From the human T2T-CHM13v2.0 reference genome, Homo sapiens, in assembly GCF_009914755.1 (NCBI RefSeq), contig NC_060925.1: a DNA stretch of 64,000 nt; one strand, 5' to 3'. This document shows, in pieces, positions 39,403-53,684 of the stretch (within the stretch, counting starts at the first letter, position 1; every line of letters begins with the position of its first letter). The notes beneath the pieces are model-generated. The model worked only from the letters and a program-made list of their open reading frames with translations, had not been told where the DNA came from and made no database searches. A program made the position numbers and the translations under genes.

Positions 39403-42400
39403 ACACACACACACAGAGAGAACGAGCTCAGTGAATTGTCCAGGTGACACACTGATGAGGGAGTAACAGGACACTCTGAGTTAGTGCCCTCAGGACACAC
39501 AGCATACAGGGATCATGAAAAGACTGTGCTCAATAATTTTCCATAAAATGTGCTCAAGTTTCCATGCAGTCGCCATGAGAATACAGTTTTTGAAGTCTGG
39601 TCCACCTACAGTAGGTTAGTAAATGATAAGGGGAGGAAGAAATGGAAACCTAAATATCTACTGCAATGAAAACCAACAGCAATGTTAGTAGGAATAATTC
39701 AGGCTTGCTGGAAAAGATGTAATCGATAATGTCAGCCCGCTCTGTTTTCCCTGAACCAGGAGTCTCCAGATGTCAACACAGAAGTAGCTGTTCACAATTG
39801 CTCAGTTACCTGGGGCATGGTGGGCCTTGGTCTTCTTCCTCTTCTTGGTCCTTTTTAGTTCCTGCAATACATTCAGACAGGGACAGACAAAATAAGCCAA
39901 TTCACCTACACCCATAACAGTCCACTGTCTAATCCCCACACAGGGATCTCAGGCTCCTCAGCATGAGAACAGGACAATGTGAGAGAGATACTTCAGGAGG
40001 CCTGAAAGCTGGTCATGATATTCTTTGGTTTGCATCTCAGAACCAAGGGTGAAATATCCCCATTCTGGTAGATCGTTATCCCAAAATCATTTATCCCAAG
40101 TTTGTGCAAACAGTTATGCCTTATTGTTCCCATCAGTTCAAAGAAAATGCCCCAGATGATTTCTAGGAGGAAAACTGCAGTATTCAGCCCTGTCTCATCA
40201 AATGCCCAGCTCGTTCATGGATGCAAGAATTTTAGACACTGAAATTAGAATGAAGGAGGAAATCTACAAACCCTTGAGTCCAAATCATACTTCTGTGAAT
40301 TTTTTACATCTGCCTGGGTCCAATGTGCTGAGAGCGGGCTCAGCTTGCCACAGGCATGGCTGGAGACTAGGAATAGAGCCTTGCTCACTGACCCATTTCA
40401 TGTCTAGGCTTCCAACTGAGACTACAGTTTCATTACAACCTATATGCGCCCATAGGTCCTGCCTGCGGCAATGACATCTCTCGGGTCAGTAAGGGCCACT
40501 TGGAACAGGAATATCACCCCTATCTGGAAGACCAGGTGGAGGCTTATCACCTTCACAGTAAGGTACTCACTGTCCACGTCAAGAGCCAAGCCAAGGTACT
40601 GTTCCTCCAATGAGTAAACAGCACTGCTGTAGGGCTGGCCTAAGTCAGGCAGTTCAAGATAACCTGAAGGAGTCGAATAACATCTATCCAGTGAGTCCTG
40701 CAAGACTTCAGGCTCTTTCTCATCCAGCAGCTCCCTGCTGAGCCTGGAAAGTAGGAAAAAGTAAAGAATAAGCCAGGGGGAATCAGAAACCACACAGCCC
40801 CAGCTAGATTTCATGGCTAACATAAGGAACTGTTTAAAAAGAAAAAGGACAGATCCATTAATGAGGTAATGAATTATTGCCTTTATGTTGGGATAGACCA
40901 GGGCCAGGTAGAAAAGAATGAAAGAGAAAGACAGGGAGAGGGAGGGAGAGAGAGAGAGAGAGAGAGAGGAGAAAGTAAGCTCAGCGAGTTGGCCGGGTGA
41001 CACACTGATGAAGGGGTCAAAGGACACTCTGAGTTAGTGCCCTCGGGACACACAGCGAACAGTGATCATGAAAAGAGTGGGCTCAATAATTTTCCATAAA
41101 CTTGCTCAAGATTCCATGCAGTTGCCATACAGCCTTTGAGGTATGGTCAACCTATAGTAAGTTAGTAAATGATAAGGGGAGGAAGAAATGGAAACCTAAA
41201 CATCTACTGCAATGAAAACCAACAGCAATATCAGGAGGAGTAATTCAACCTTCGTTGAAAACATGAAATTGAACACACTCTTGTTTTCCCTGGACCTGGC
41301 ATCTCCAGGTGTCAACACAGAATTAAGCATCCATAATTGCTCAAAGTTACCTGGGGCATGATGGGTCTTGGTCTTCTTCCACTTCTTGGTACTTTTCAAT
41401 TTCTGCAATAAGTTCAGACATGGACAGACATATTAAGCTGGTTCTCCTACACACATAACAATCCACTGTCTAATCCTCACACAGGGACTTCAGGCTCCTC
41501 AGCATGAGAATAGGACACTGTGAGAGATAGTCTTCAGGAGGCCTGAAGGCTGATCACCATAGAGATTCCTTGGTTTTTGTCCCAGAAACTGTGGGTAAAA
41601 TTCCCTATTCTGGTAGATCGTTATCCCAATATCATTTGTCCCAAGTTTGTGCAAATGGTTATGCCATATTTTTCCAATCGATTTAAAGCAAATGCCCCCA
41701 AATGGTTGCTAGGAGAAAAACTGCACTATTCAGCCCTGTCTCATCAAATACTCAGATTGTTCACGGTAGCGAGGATTTTAGACGCTGAAATTAGAGTGAA
41801 GGATGAAATCTACAAGATCTACAAAATTGAGACAAAATCAGAGTTGTGTGAATTTGTCACATCTGCCCAGGTCCAACGTCATGAGAGTAGGATTAGGGCG
41901 CCACAGGCATGGCCTGAGACTAGGAAGAGAGCCTTGCTCACTGACCCATCCCTTGTCTGGGCTTCCAAGTGGAACTAGAGTTTCATTCAACCTACATGTG
42001 CCTATAGGACCTCCCTGTGGCAATGACATCTCTCAGCTCAGTAAGGGCCACTTGCAGTAGGAATATGACCCTAACCAGAAGACTCAGTGGATCCTTATCA
42101 CCTTCATAGAAAGGTACTCACCATCCATGTCAACAGCCAAGCCAACACGCTGTTGCTCCAATACGTAAAAGGCACTTCTGTAGGGCTGGCATGAGTCAGT
42201 CAGTTCAAGACAACCTGAAGGAGTTGAATAACTTCTATCCAGTGAGTCCTGCAAGACTTCAGGCCCTTTCTCATCCAGCAGCTCCCTGCTGAGCCTGGAA
42301 AAGTGGGAAAAAGTAAAGAATAAGCCAGGGGGAATCAGAAACCACACAGCCCCAGCTAGATTTCATGGCTAACGTAAGGAAGAGTTTGAAAAGAAAAAGG

Positions 42401-42508
42401 ACAGATCCATTAATGAGGTAACAAATTATTGCCTTTATGTTGGGATAGAACAGGGCCAGGTAGAAAACAATGAAAGAGAAAGACAGAGAGAGAGAGAGAG
42501 ACAGAGAC

Positions 42509-42539
<31 letters not shown>

Positions 42540-44114
42540 AAGTGACCTAGTGAATTGGCCAGGTGACATACTGGTAAGGGAGTAAAAGGACACTCTGAGT
42601 TAGTGCCCTCATGACACACAGCAAACTGTGATCATGAAAAGAGTGAGCTCAATAGTTTTCCATAAAATATGCTCAAAATTCGATGCAGTGGCCATGAGAG
42701 TACAGCTTTTGAAGTATGGTCAACCTATGGTACGTTAGGAAATGATAAGGGGAGGAAGAAATGGAAACCTAAACATCTACTGCAATGAAAACCAACAGCA
42801 ATGACAGTAGGAGTAATTCAGCCTTCGTTGAAAACATGACATCAAACACACTCTGGTTTCCCTGAATCTGTTGCCTCCAGGTGTTAACACAGAATTAAGC
42901 ATCCACAATTGCTGAAAGTCACCTGGGGCATGGTGGGTTTTGATCTTCTTCCCCTTCTTTTCTTCCCCTTCTTCTTTCCTTCTTTGATCTTCTTCCCCTT
43001 CTTTTCTTCCCCTTCCCCTTCTTTTCAATTTCTGCAATAAATTCAGACATGGACAGACACATTAAGCTGATTCCCCTACACACATAACAATCCACTGTCT
43101 AATCCTCACACAGGGACCTCAGGCTCCTCAGCATAAGAATAGGACACCGTGAGAGATATATTTCAGGAGGCCTGAAGGCTGGTCATGATAGAAATTCCTC
43201 GGTTTTTCTCCCAGAAACTGTGGGTAAAATGTCCCTATTCTAGTAGATCGTTATCCCAATATCATTTGTCCCAAGTTTGTGCAAACAGTTATGCCATATT
43301 TTTCCAATCAACTTAAAGCAAATACCCTCAAATGATTTCTAGGAGAAAAACTGCAATATTTAGCCCTGTCTCATCAAATACTCAGATTGTTCATGGTTGT
43401 GAGGACTTTAGACACTGAAATTAGAGTGAAAAAGGAAATCTACAAACCCTTGAGTCAAAATCATAGTTCTCTGAATTTGTCACATCTGCCCAGGTCCAAT
43501 GTCATGAGGATAGGATCAGGGCGCCACAGGTATGGCCTGAGACTAGGAAGAGAGTCTTGCTCACTGACCCATCCCTTGCCTGGGCTTCCAGGTAGAACTA
43601 GAGTTTCATTCAACCTACATGTGCCTATAGGTCCTCCCTGTGGCAATGACATCTCTCAGCTCAGTAATGGCCACTTGGAGCAGGAATATGATCTTTATAT
43701 GGAAGACTCAGTGGATCCTTATCACCTTCATAGAAAGGTACTCACCTCCCACGTCGAGAGAAAAGCCAACATGTTTTTCCTCCAATGCATAAAAGGAACT
43801 TCCATAGGGCTGGCAGGAGTCAGGCTGTTCAAGACAACTGGAAGGAGTTGAATAACATCTATCCAGTGAGTCCTGCAAGACTTCAGGCTCTACTACCTCC
43901 AGCAGCTCCCTGCTGAGCCTGGAAAAGGAGGAAAAAGTAAAGAATAAGCCAGGGGAAATCAGACACAACAGAGCCCCAACTAGGTTTCATGGGTAGCATA
44001 GGGAAGTGGTTAAAAAACTAAAAGGATAGATCCATTAATGAGGTAACAAATTATTGCCTTCATGTTGGGACAGAACAGGGCCAAATGGAAAAGAATGAAA
44101 GAGAAAGACAGATA

Positions 44115-44153
<39 letters not shown>

Positions 44154-45693
44154 ACACACACACACAGAGAGAACGAGCTCAGTGAATTGTCCAGGTGACA
44201 CACTGATGAGGGAGTAACAGGACACTCTGAGTTAGTGCCCTCAGGACACACAGCATACAGGGATCATGAAAAGACTGTGCTCAATAATTTTCCATAAAAT
44301 GTGCTCAAGTTTCCATGCAGTCGCCATGAGAATACAGTTTTTGAAGTCTGGTCCACCTACAGTAGGTTAGTAAATGATAAGGGGAGGAAGAAATGGAAAC
44401 CTAAATATCTACTGCAATGAAAACCAACAGCAATGTTAGTAGGAATAATTCAGGCTTGCTGGAAAAGATGTAATCGATAATGTCAGCCCGCTCTGTTTTC
44501 CCTGAACCAGGAGTCTCCAGATGTCAACACAGAAGTAGCTGTTCACAATTGCTCAGTTACCTGGGGCATGGTGGGCCTTGGTCTTCTTCCTCTTCTTGGT
44601 CCTTTTTAGTTCCTGCAATACATTCAGACAGGGACAGACAAAATAAGCCAATTCACCTACACCCATAACAGTCCACTGTCTAATCCCCACACAGGGATCT
44701 CAGGCTCCTCAGCATGAGAACAGGACAATGTGAGAGAGATACTTCAGGAGGCCTGAAAGCTGGTCATGATATTCTTTGGTTTGCATCTCAGAACCAAGGG
44801 TGAAATATCCCCATTCTGGTAGATCGTTATCCCAAAATCATTTATCCCAAGTTTGTGCAAACAGTTATGCCTTATTGTTCCCATCAGTTCAAAGAAAATG
44901 CCCCAGATGATTTCTAGGAGGAAAACTGCAGTATTCAGCCCTGTCTCATCAAATGCCCAGCTCGTTCATGGATGCAAGAATTTTAGACACTGAAATTAGA
45001 ATGAAGGAGGAAATCTACAAACCCTTCAGTCCAAATCATACTTCTGTGAATTTTTTACATCTGCCTGGGTCCAATGTGCTGAGAGCGGGCTCAGCTTGCC
45101 ACAGGCATGGCTGGAGACTAGGAATAGAGCCTTGCTCACTGACCCATTTCATGTCTAGGCTTCCAACTGAGACTACAGTTTCATTACAACCTATATGCGC
45201 CCATAGGTCCTGCCTGCGGCAATGACATCTCTCGGGTCAGTAAGGGCCACTTGGAACAGGAATATCACCCCTATCTGGAAGACCAGGTGGAGGCTTATCA
45301 CCTTCACAGTAAGGTACTCACTGTCCACGTCAAGAGCCAAGCCAAGGTACTGTTCCTCCAATGAGTAAACAGCACTGCTGTAGGGCTGGCCTAAGTCAGG
45401 CAGTTCAAGATAACCTGAAGGAGTCGAATAACATCTATCCAGTGAGTCCTGCAAGACTTCAGGCTCTTTCTCATCCAGCAGCTCCCTGCTGAGCCTGGAA
45501 AAGTAGGAAAAAGTAAAGAATAAGCCAGGGGGAATCAGAAACCACACAGCCCCAGCTAGATTTCATGGCTAACATAAGGAACTGTTTAAAAAGAAAAAGG
45601 ACAGATCCATTAATGAGGTAATGAATTATTGCCTTTATGTTGGGATAGACCAGGGCCAGGTAGAAAAGAATGAAAGAGAAAGACAGGGAGAGG

Positions 45694-45728
<35 letters not shown>

Positions 45729-47264
45729 AAGTAAGCTCAGCGAGTTGGCCGGGTGACACACTGATGAAGGGGTCAAAGGACACTCTGAGTTAGTGCCCTC
45801 GGGACACACAGCGAACAGTGATCATGAAAAGAGTGGGCTCAATAATTTTCCATAAACTTGCTCAAGATTCCATGCAGTTGCCATACAGACTTTGAGGTAT
45901 GGTCAACCTATAGTAAGTTAGTAAATGATAAGGGGAGGAAGAAATGGAAACCTAAACATCTACTGCAATGAAAACCAACAGCAATATCAGGAGGAGTAAT
46001 TCAACCTTCGTTGAAAACATGAAATTGAACACACTCTTGTTTTCCCTGGACCTGGCATCTCCAGGTGTCAACACAGAATTAAGCATCCATAATTGCTCAA
46101 AGTTACCTGGGGCATGATGGGTCTTGGTCTTCTTCCACTTCTTGGTACTTTTCAATTTCTGCAATAAGTTCAGACATGGACAGACATATTAAGCTGGTTC
46201 TCCTACACACATAACAATCCACTGTCTAATCCTCACACAGGGACTTCAGGCTCCTCAGCATGAGAATAGGACACTGTGAGAGATAGTCTTCAGGAGGCCT
46301 GAAGGCTGATCACCATAGAGATTCCTTGGTTTTTGTCCCAGAAACTGTGGGTAAAATTCCCTATTCTGGTAGATCGTTATCCCAATATCATTTGTCCCAA
46401 GTTTGTGCAAATGGTTATGCCATATTTTTCCAATCGATTTAAAGCAAATGCCCCCAAATGGTTGCTAGGAGAAAAACTGCACTATTCAGCCCTGTCTCAT
46501 CAAATACTCAGATTGTTCACGGTAGCGAGGATTTTAGACGCTGAAATTAGAGTGAAGGATGAAATCTACAAGATCTACAAAATTGAGACAAAATCAGAGT
46601 TGTGTGAATTTGTCACATCTGCCCAGGTCCAACGTCATGAGAGTAGGATTAGGGCGCCACAGGCATGGCCTGAGACTAGGAAGAGAGCCTTGCTCACTGA
46701 CCCATCCCTTGTCTGGGCTTCCAAGTGGAACTAGAGTTTCATTCAACCTACATGTGCCTATAGGACCTCCCTGTGGCAATGACATCTCTCAGCTCAGTAA
46801 GGGCCACTTGCAGTAGGAATATGACCCTAACCAGAAGACTCAGTGGATCCTTATCACCTTCATAGAAAGGTACTCACCATCCATGTCAACAGCCAAGCCA
46901 ACACGCTGTTGCTCCAATACGTAAAAGGCACTTCTGTAGGGCTGGCATGAGTCAGTCAGTTCAAGACAACCTGAAGGAGTTGAATAACTTCTATCCAGTG
47001 AGTCCTGCAAGACTTCAGGCCCTTTCTCATCCAGCAGCTCCCTGCTGAGCCTGGAAAAGTGGGAAAAAGTAAAGAATAAGCCAGGGGGAATCAGAAACCA
47101 CACAGCCCCAGCTAGATTTCATGGCTAACGTAAGGAAGAGTTTGAAAAGAAAAAGGACAGATCCATTAATGAGGTAACAAATTATTGCCTTTATGTTGGG
47201 ATAGAACAGGGCCAGGTAGAAAACAATGAAAGAGAAAGACAGAGAGAGAGAGAGAGACAGAGAC

Positions 47265-47295
<31 letters not shown>

Positions 47296-48870
47296 AAGTG
47301 ACCTAGTGAATTGGCCAGGTGACATACTGGTAAGGGAGTAAAAGGACACTCTGAGTTAGTGCCCTCATGACACACAGCAAACTGTGATCATGAAAAGAGT
47401 GAGCTCAATAGTTTTCCATAAAATATGCTCAAAATTCGATGCAGTGGCCATGAGAGTACAGCTTTTGAAGTATGGTCAACCTATGGTACGTTAGGAAATG
47501 ATAAGGGGAGGAAGAAATGGAAACCTAAACATCTACTGCAATGAAAACCAACAGCAATGACAGTAGGAGTAATTCAGCCTTCGTTGAAAACATGACATCA
47601 AACACACTCTGGTTTCCCTGAATCTGTTGCCTCCAGGTGTTAACACAGAATTAAGCATCCACAATTGCTGAAAGTCACCTGGGGCATGGTGGGTTTTGAT
47701 CTTCTTCCCCTTCTTTTCTTCCCCTTCTTCTTTCCTTCTTTGATCTTCTTCCCCTTCTTTTCTTCCCCTTCCCCTTCTTTTCAATTTCTGCAATAAATTC
47801 AGACATGGACAGACACATTAAGCTGATTCCCCTACACACATAACAATCCACTGTCTAATCCTCACACAGGGACCTCAGGCTCCTCAGCATAAGAATAGGA
47901 CACCGTGAGAGATATATTTCAGGAGGCCTGAAGGCTGGTCATGATAGAAATTCCTCGGTTTTTCTCCCAGAAACTGTGGGTAAAATGTCCCTATTCTAGT
48001 AGATCGTTATCCCAATATCATTTGTCCCAAGTTTGTGCAAACAGTTATGCCATATTTTTCCAATCAACTTAAAGCAAATACCCTCAAATGATTTCTAGGA
48101 GAAAAACTGCAATATTTAGCCCTGTCTCATCAAATACTCAGATTGTTCATGGTTGTGAGGACTTTAGACACTGAAATTAGAGTGAAAAAGGAAATCTACA
48201 AACCCTTGAGTCAAAATCATAGTTCTCTGAATTTGTCACATCTGCCCAGGTCCAATGTCATGAGGATAGGATCAGGGCGCCACAGGTATGGCCTGAGACT
48301 AGGAAGAGAGTCTTGCTCACTGACCCATCCCTTGCCTGGGCTTCCAGGTAGAACTAGAGTTTCATTCAACCTACATGTGCCTATAGGTCCTCCCTGTGGC
48401 AATGACATCTCTCAGCTCAGTAATGGCCACTTGGAGCAGGAATATGATCTTTATATGGAAGACTCAGTGGATCCTTATCACCTTCATAGAAAGGTACTCA
48501 CCTCCCACGTCAAGAGAAAAGCCAACATGTTTTTCCTCCAATGCATAAAAGGAACTTCCATAGGGCTGGCAGGAGTCAGGCTGTTCAAGACAACTGGAAG
48601 GAGTTGAATAACATCTATCCAGTGAGTCCTGCAAGACTTCAGGCTCTACTACCTCCAGCAGCTCCCTGCTGAGCCTGGAAAAGGAGGAAAAAGTAAAGAA
48701 TAAGCCAGGGGAAATCAGACACAACAGAGCCCCAACTAGGTTTCATGGGTAGCATAGGGAAGTGGTTAAAAAACTAAAAGGATAGATCCATTAATGAGGT
48801 AACAAATTATTGCCTTCATGTTGGGACAGAACAGGGCCAAATGGAAAAGAATGAAAGAGAAAGACAGATA

Positions 48871-48915
<45 letters not shown>

Positions 48916-51900
48916 ACACACAGACACACACACACACAGAGAGAGAACGAGCTCAGTGAATTGTCCAGGTGACACACTGATGAGGGAGTAACAGGACACT
49001 CTGAGTTAGTGCCCTCAGGACACACAGCATACAGGGATCATGAAAAGACTGTGCTCAATAATTTTCCATAAAATGTGCTCAAGTTTCCATGCAGTCGCCA
49101 TGAGAATACAGTTTTTGAAGTCTGGTCCACCTACAGTAGGTTAGTAAATGATAAGGGGAGGAAGAAATGGAAACCTAAATATCTACTGCAATGAAAACCA
49201 ACAGCAATGTTAGTAGGAATAATTCAGGCTTGCTGGAAAAGATGTAATCGATAATGTCAGCCCGCTCTGTTTTCCCTGAACCAGGAGTCTCCAGATGTCA
49301 ACACAGAAGTAGCTGTTCACAATTGCTCAGTTACCTGGGGCATGGTGGGCCTTGGTCTTCTTCCTCTTCTTGGTCCTTTTTAGTTCCTGCAATACATTCA
49401 GACAGGGACAGACAAAATAAGCCAATTCACCTACACCCATAACAGTCCACTGTCTAATCCCCACACAGGGATCTCAGGCTCCTCAGCATGAGAACAGGAC
49501 AATGTGAGAGAGATACTTCAGGAGGCCTGAAAGCTGGTCATGATATTCTTTGGTTTGCATCTCAGAACCAAGGGTGAAATATCCCCATTCTGGTAGATCG
49601 TTATCCCAAAATCATTTATCCCAAGTTTGTGCAAACAGTTATGCCTTATTGTTCCCATCAGTTCAAAGAAAATGCCCCAGATGATTTCTAGGAGGAAAAC
49701 TGCAGTATTCAGCCCTGTCTCATCAAATGCCCAGCTCGTTCATGGATGCAAGAATTTTAGACACTGAAATTAGAATGAAGGAGGAAATCTACAAACCCTT
49801 GAGTCCAAATCATACTTCTGTGAATTTTTTACATCTGCCTGGGTCCAATGTGCTGAGAGCGGGCTCAGCTTGCCACAGGCATGGCTGGAGACTAGGAATA
49901 GAGCCTTGCTCACTGACCCATTTCATGTCTAGGCTTCCAACTGAGACTACAGTTTCATTACAACCTATATGCGCCCATAGGTCCTGCCTGCGGCAATGAC
50001 ATCTCTCGGGTCAGTAAGGGCCACTTGGAACAGGAATATCACCCCTATCTGGAAGACCAGGTGGAGGCTTATCACCTTCACAGTAAGGTACTCACTGTCC
50101 ACGTCAAGAGCCAAGCCAAGGTACTGTTCCTCCAATGAGTAAACAGCACTGCTGTAGGGCTGGCCTAAGTCAGGCAGTTCAAGATAACCTGAAGGAGTCG
50201 AATAACATCTATCCAGTGAGTCCTGCAAGACTTCAGGCTCTTTCTCATCCAGCAGCTCCCTGCTGAGCCTGGAAAGTAGGAAAAAGTAAAGAATAAGCCA
50301 GGGGGAATCAGAAACCACACAGCCCCAGCTAGATTTCATGGCTAACATAAGGAACTGTTTAAAAAGAAAAAGGACAGATCCATTAATGAGGTAATGAATT
50401 ATTGCCTTTATGTTGGGATAGACCAGGGCCAGGTAGAAAAGAATGAAAGAGAAAGACAGGGAGAGGGAGGGAGAGAGAGAGAGAGAGAGAGAGGAGAAAG
50501 TAAGCTCAGCGAGTTGGCCGGGTGACACACTGATGAAGGGGTCAAAGGACACTCTGAGTTAGTGCCCTCGGGACACACAGCGAACAGTGATCATGAAAAG
50601 AGTGGGCTCAATAATTTTCCATAAACTTGCTCAAGATTCCATGCAGTTGCCATACAGCCTTTGAGGTATGGTCAACCTATAGTAAGTTAGTAAATGATAA
50701 GGGGAGGAAGAAATGGAAACCTAAACATCTACTGCAATGAAAACCAACAGCAATATCAGGAGGAGTAATTCAACCTTCGTTGAAAACATGAAATTGAACA
50801 CACTCTTGTTTTCTCTGGACCTGGCATCTCCAGGTGTCAACACAGAATTAAGCATCCATAATTGCTCAAAGTTACCTGGGGCATGATGGGTCTTGGTCTT
50901 CTTCCACTTCTTGGTACTTTTCAATTTCTGCAATAAGTTCAGACATGGACAGACATATTAAGCTGGTTCTCCTACACACATAACAATCCACTGTCTAATC
51001 CTCACACAGGGACTTCAGGCTCCTCAGCATGAGAATAGGACACTGTGAGAGATAGTCTTCAGGAGGCCTGAAGGCTGATCACCATAGAGATTCCTTGGTT
51101 TTTGTCCCAGAAACTGTGGGTAAAATTCCCTATTCTGGTAGATCGTTATCCCAATATCATTTGTCCCAAGTTTGTGCAAATGGTTATGCCATATTTTTCC
51201 AATCGATTTAAAGCAAATGCCCCCAAATGGTTGCTAGGAGAAAAACTGCACTATTCAGCCCTGTCTCATCAAATACTCAGATTGTTCACGGTAGCGAGGA
51301 TTTTAGACGCTGAAATTAGAGTGAAGGATGAAATCTACAAGATCTACAAAATTGAGACAAAATCAGAGTTGTGTGAATTTGTCACATCTGCCCAGGTCCA
51401 ACGTCATGAGAGTAGGATTAGGGCGCCACAGGCATGGCCTGAGACTAGGAAGAGAGCCTTGCTCACTGACCCATCCCTTGTCTGGGCTTCCAAGTGGAAC
51501 TAGAGTTTCATTCAACCTACATGTGCCTATAGGACCTCCCTGTGGCAATGACATCTCTCAGCTCAGTAAGGGCCACTTGCAGTAGGAATATGACCCTAAC
51601 CAGAAGACTCAGTGGATCCTTATCACCTTCATAGAAAGGTACTCACCATCCATGTCAACAGCCAAGCCAACACGCTGTTGCTCCAATACGTAAAAGGCAC
51701 TTCTGTAGGGCTGGCATGAGTCAGTCAGTTCAAGACAACCTGAAGGAGTTGAATAACTTCTATCCAGTGAGTCCTGCAAGACTTCAGGCCCTTTCTCATC
51801 CAGCAGCTCCCTGCTGAGCCTGGAAAAGTGGGAAAAAGTAAAGAATAAGCCAGGGGGAATCAGAAACCACACAGCCCCAGCTAGATTTCATGGCTAACGT

Positions 51901-52033
51901 AAGGAAGAGTTTGAAAAGAAAAAGGACAGATCCATTAATGAGGTAACAAATTATTGCCTTTATGTTGGGATAGAACAGGGCCAGGTAGAAAACAATGAAA
52001 GAGAAAGACAGAGAGAGAGAGAGAGACAGAGAC

Positions 52034-52064
<31 letters not shown>

Positions 52065-53639
52065 AAGTGACCTAGTGAATTGGCCAGGTGACATACTGGT
52101 AAGGGAGTAAAAGGACACTCTGAGTTAGTGCCCTCATGACACACAGCAAACTGTGATCATGAAAAGAGTGAGCTCAATAGTTTTCCATAAAATATGCTCA
52201 AAATTCGATGCAGTGGCCATGAGAGTACAGCTTTTGAAGTATGGTCAACCTATGGTACGTTAGGAAATGATAAGGGGAGGAAGAAATGGAAACCTAAACA
52301 TCTACTGCAATGAAAACCAACAGCAATGACAGTAGGAGTAATTCAGCCTTCGTTGAAAACATGACATCAAACACACTCTGGTTTCCCTGAATCTGTTGCC
52401 TCCAGGTGTTAACACAGAATTAAGCATCCACAATTGCTGAAAGTCACCTGGGGCATGGTGGGTTTTGATCTTCTTCCCCTTCTTTTCTTCCCCTTCTTCT
52501 TTCCTTCTTTGATCTTCTTCCCCTTCTTTTCTTCCCCTTCCCCTTCTTTTCAATTTCTGCAATAAATTCAGACATGGACAGACACATTAAGCTGATTCCC
52601 CTACACACATAACAATCCACTGTCTAATCCTCACACAGGGACCTCAGGCTCCTCAGCATAAGAATAGGACACCGTGAGAGATATATTTCAGGAGGCCTGA
52701 AGGCTGGTCATGATAGAAATTCCTCGGTTTTTCTCCCAGAAACTGTGGGTAAAATGTCCCTATTCTAGTAGATCGTTATCCCAATATCATTTGTCCCAAG
52801 TTTGTGCAAACAGTTATGCCATATTTTTCCAATCAACTTAAAGCAAATACCCTCAAATGATTTCTAGGAGAAAAACTGCAATATTTAGCCCTGTCTCATC
52901 AAATACTCAGATTGTTCATGGTTGTGAGGACTTTAGACACTGAAATTAGAGTGAAAAAGGAAATCTACAAACCCTTGAGTCAAAATCATAGTTCTCTGAA
53001 TTTGTCACATCTGCCCAGGTCCAATGTCATGAGGATAGGATCAGGGCGCCACAGGTATGGCCTGAGACTAGGAAGAGAGTCTTGCTCACTGACCCATCCC
53101 TTGCCTGGGCTTCCAGGTAGAACTAGAGTTTCATTCAACCTACATGTGCCTATAGGTCCTCCCTGTGGCAATGACATCTCTCAGCTCAGTAATGGCCACT
53201 TGGAGCAGGAATATGATCTTTATATGGAAGACTCAGTGGATCCTTATCACCTTCATAGAAAGGTACTCACCTCCCACGTCAAGAGAAAAGCCAACATGTT
53301 TTTCCTCCAATGCATAAAAGGAACTTCCATAGGGCTGGCAGGAGTCAGGCTGTTCAAGACAACTGGAAGGAGTTGAATAACATCTATCCAGTGAGTCCTG
53401 CAAGACTTCAGGCTCTACTACCTCCAGCAGCTCCCTGCTGAGCCTGGAAAAGGAGGAAAAAGTAAAGAATAAGCCAGGGGAAATCAGACACAACAGAGCC
53501 CCAACTAGGTTTCATGGGTAGCATAGGGAAGTGGTTAAAAAACTAAAAGGATAGATCCATTAATGAGGTAACAAATTATTGCCTTCATGTTGGGACAGAA
53601 CAGGGCCAAATGGAAAAGAATGAAAGAGAAAGACAGATA

Positions 53640-53684
<45 letters not shown>

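Noticed and set aside
40440-41027. 195-aa ORF (also at 49965-50552) apparently extending HLS2
   Set aside because: Caused by a 1-nt intronic deletion that fuses intron and microsatellite sequence in frame with the exon; the spliced frame is unchanged.
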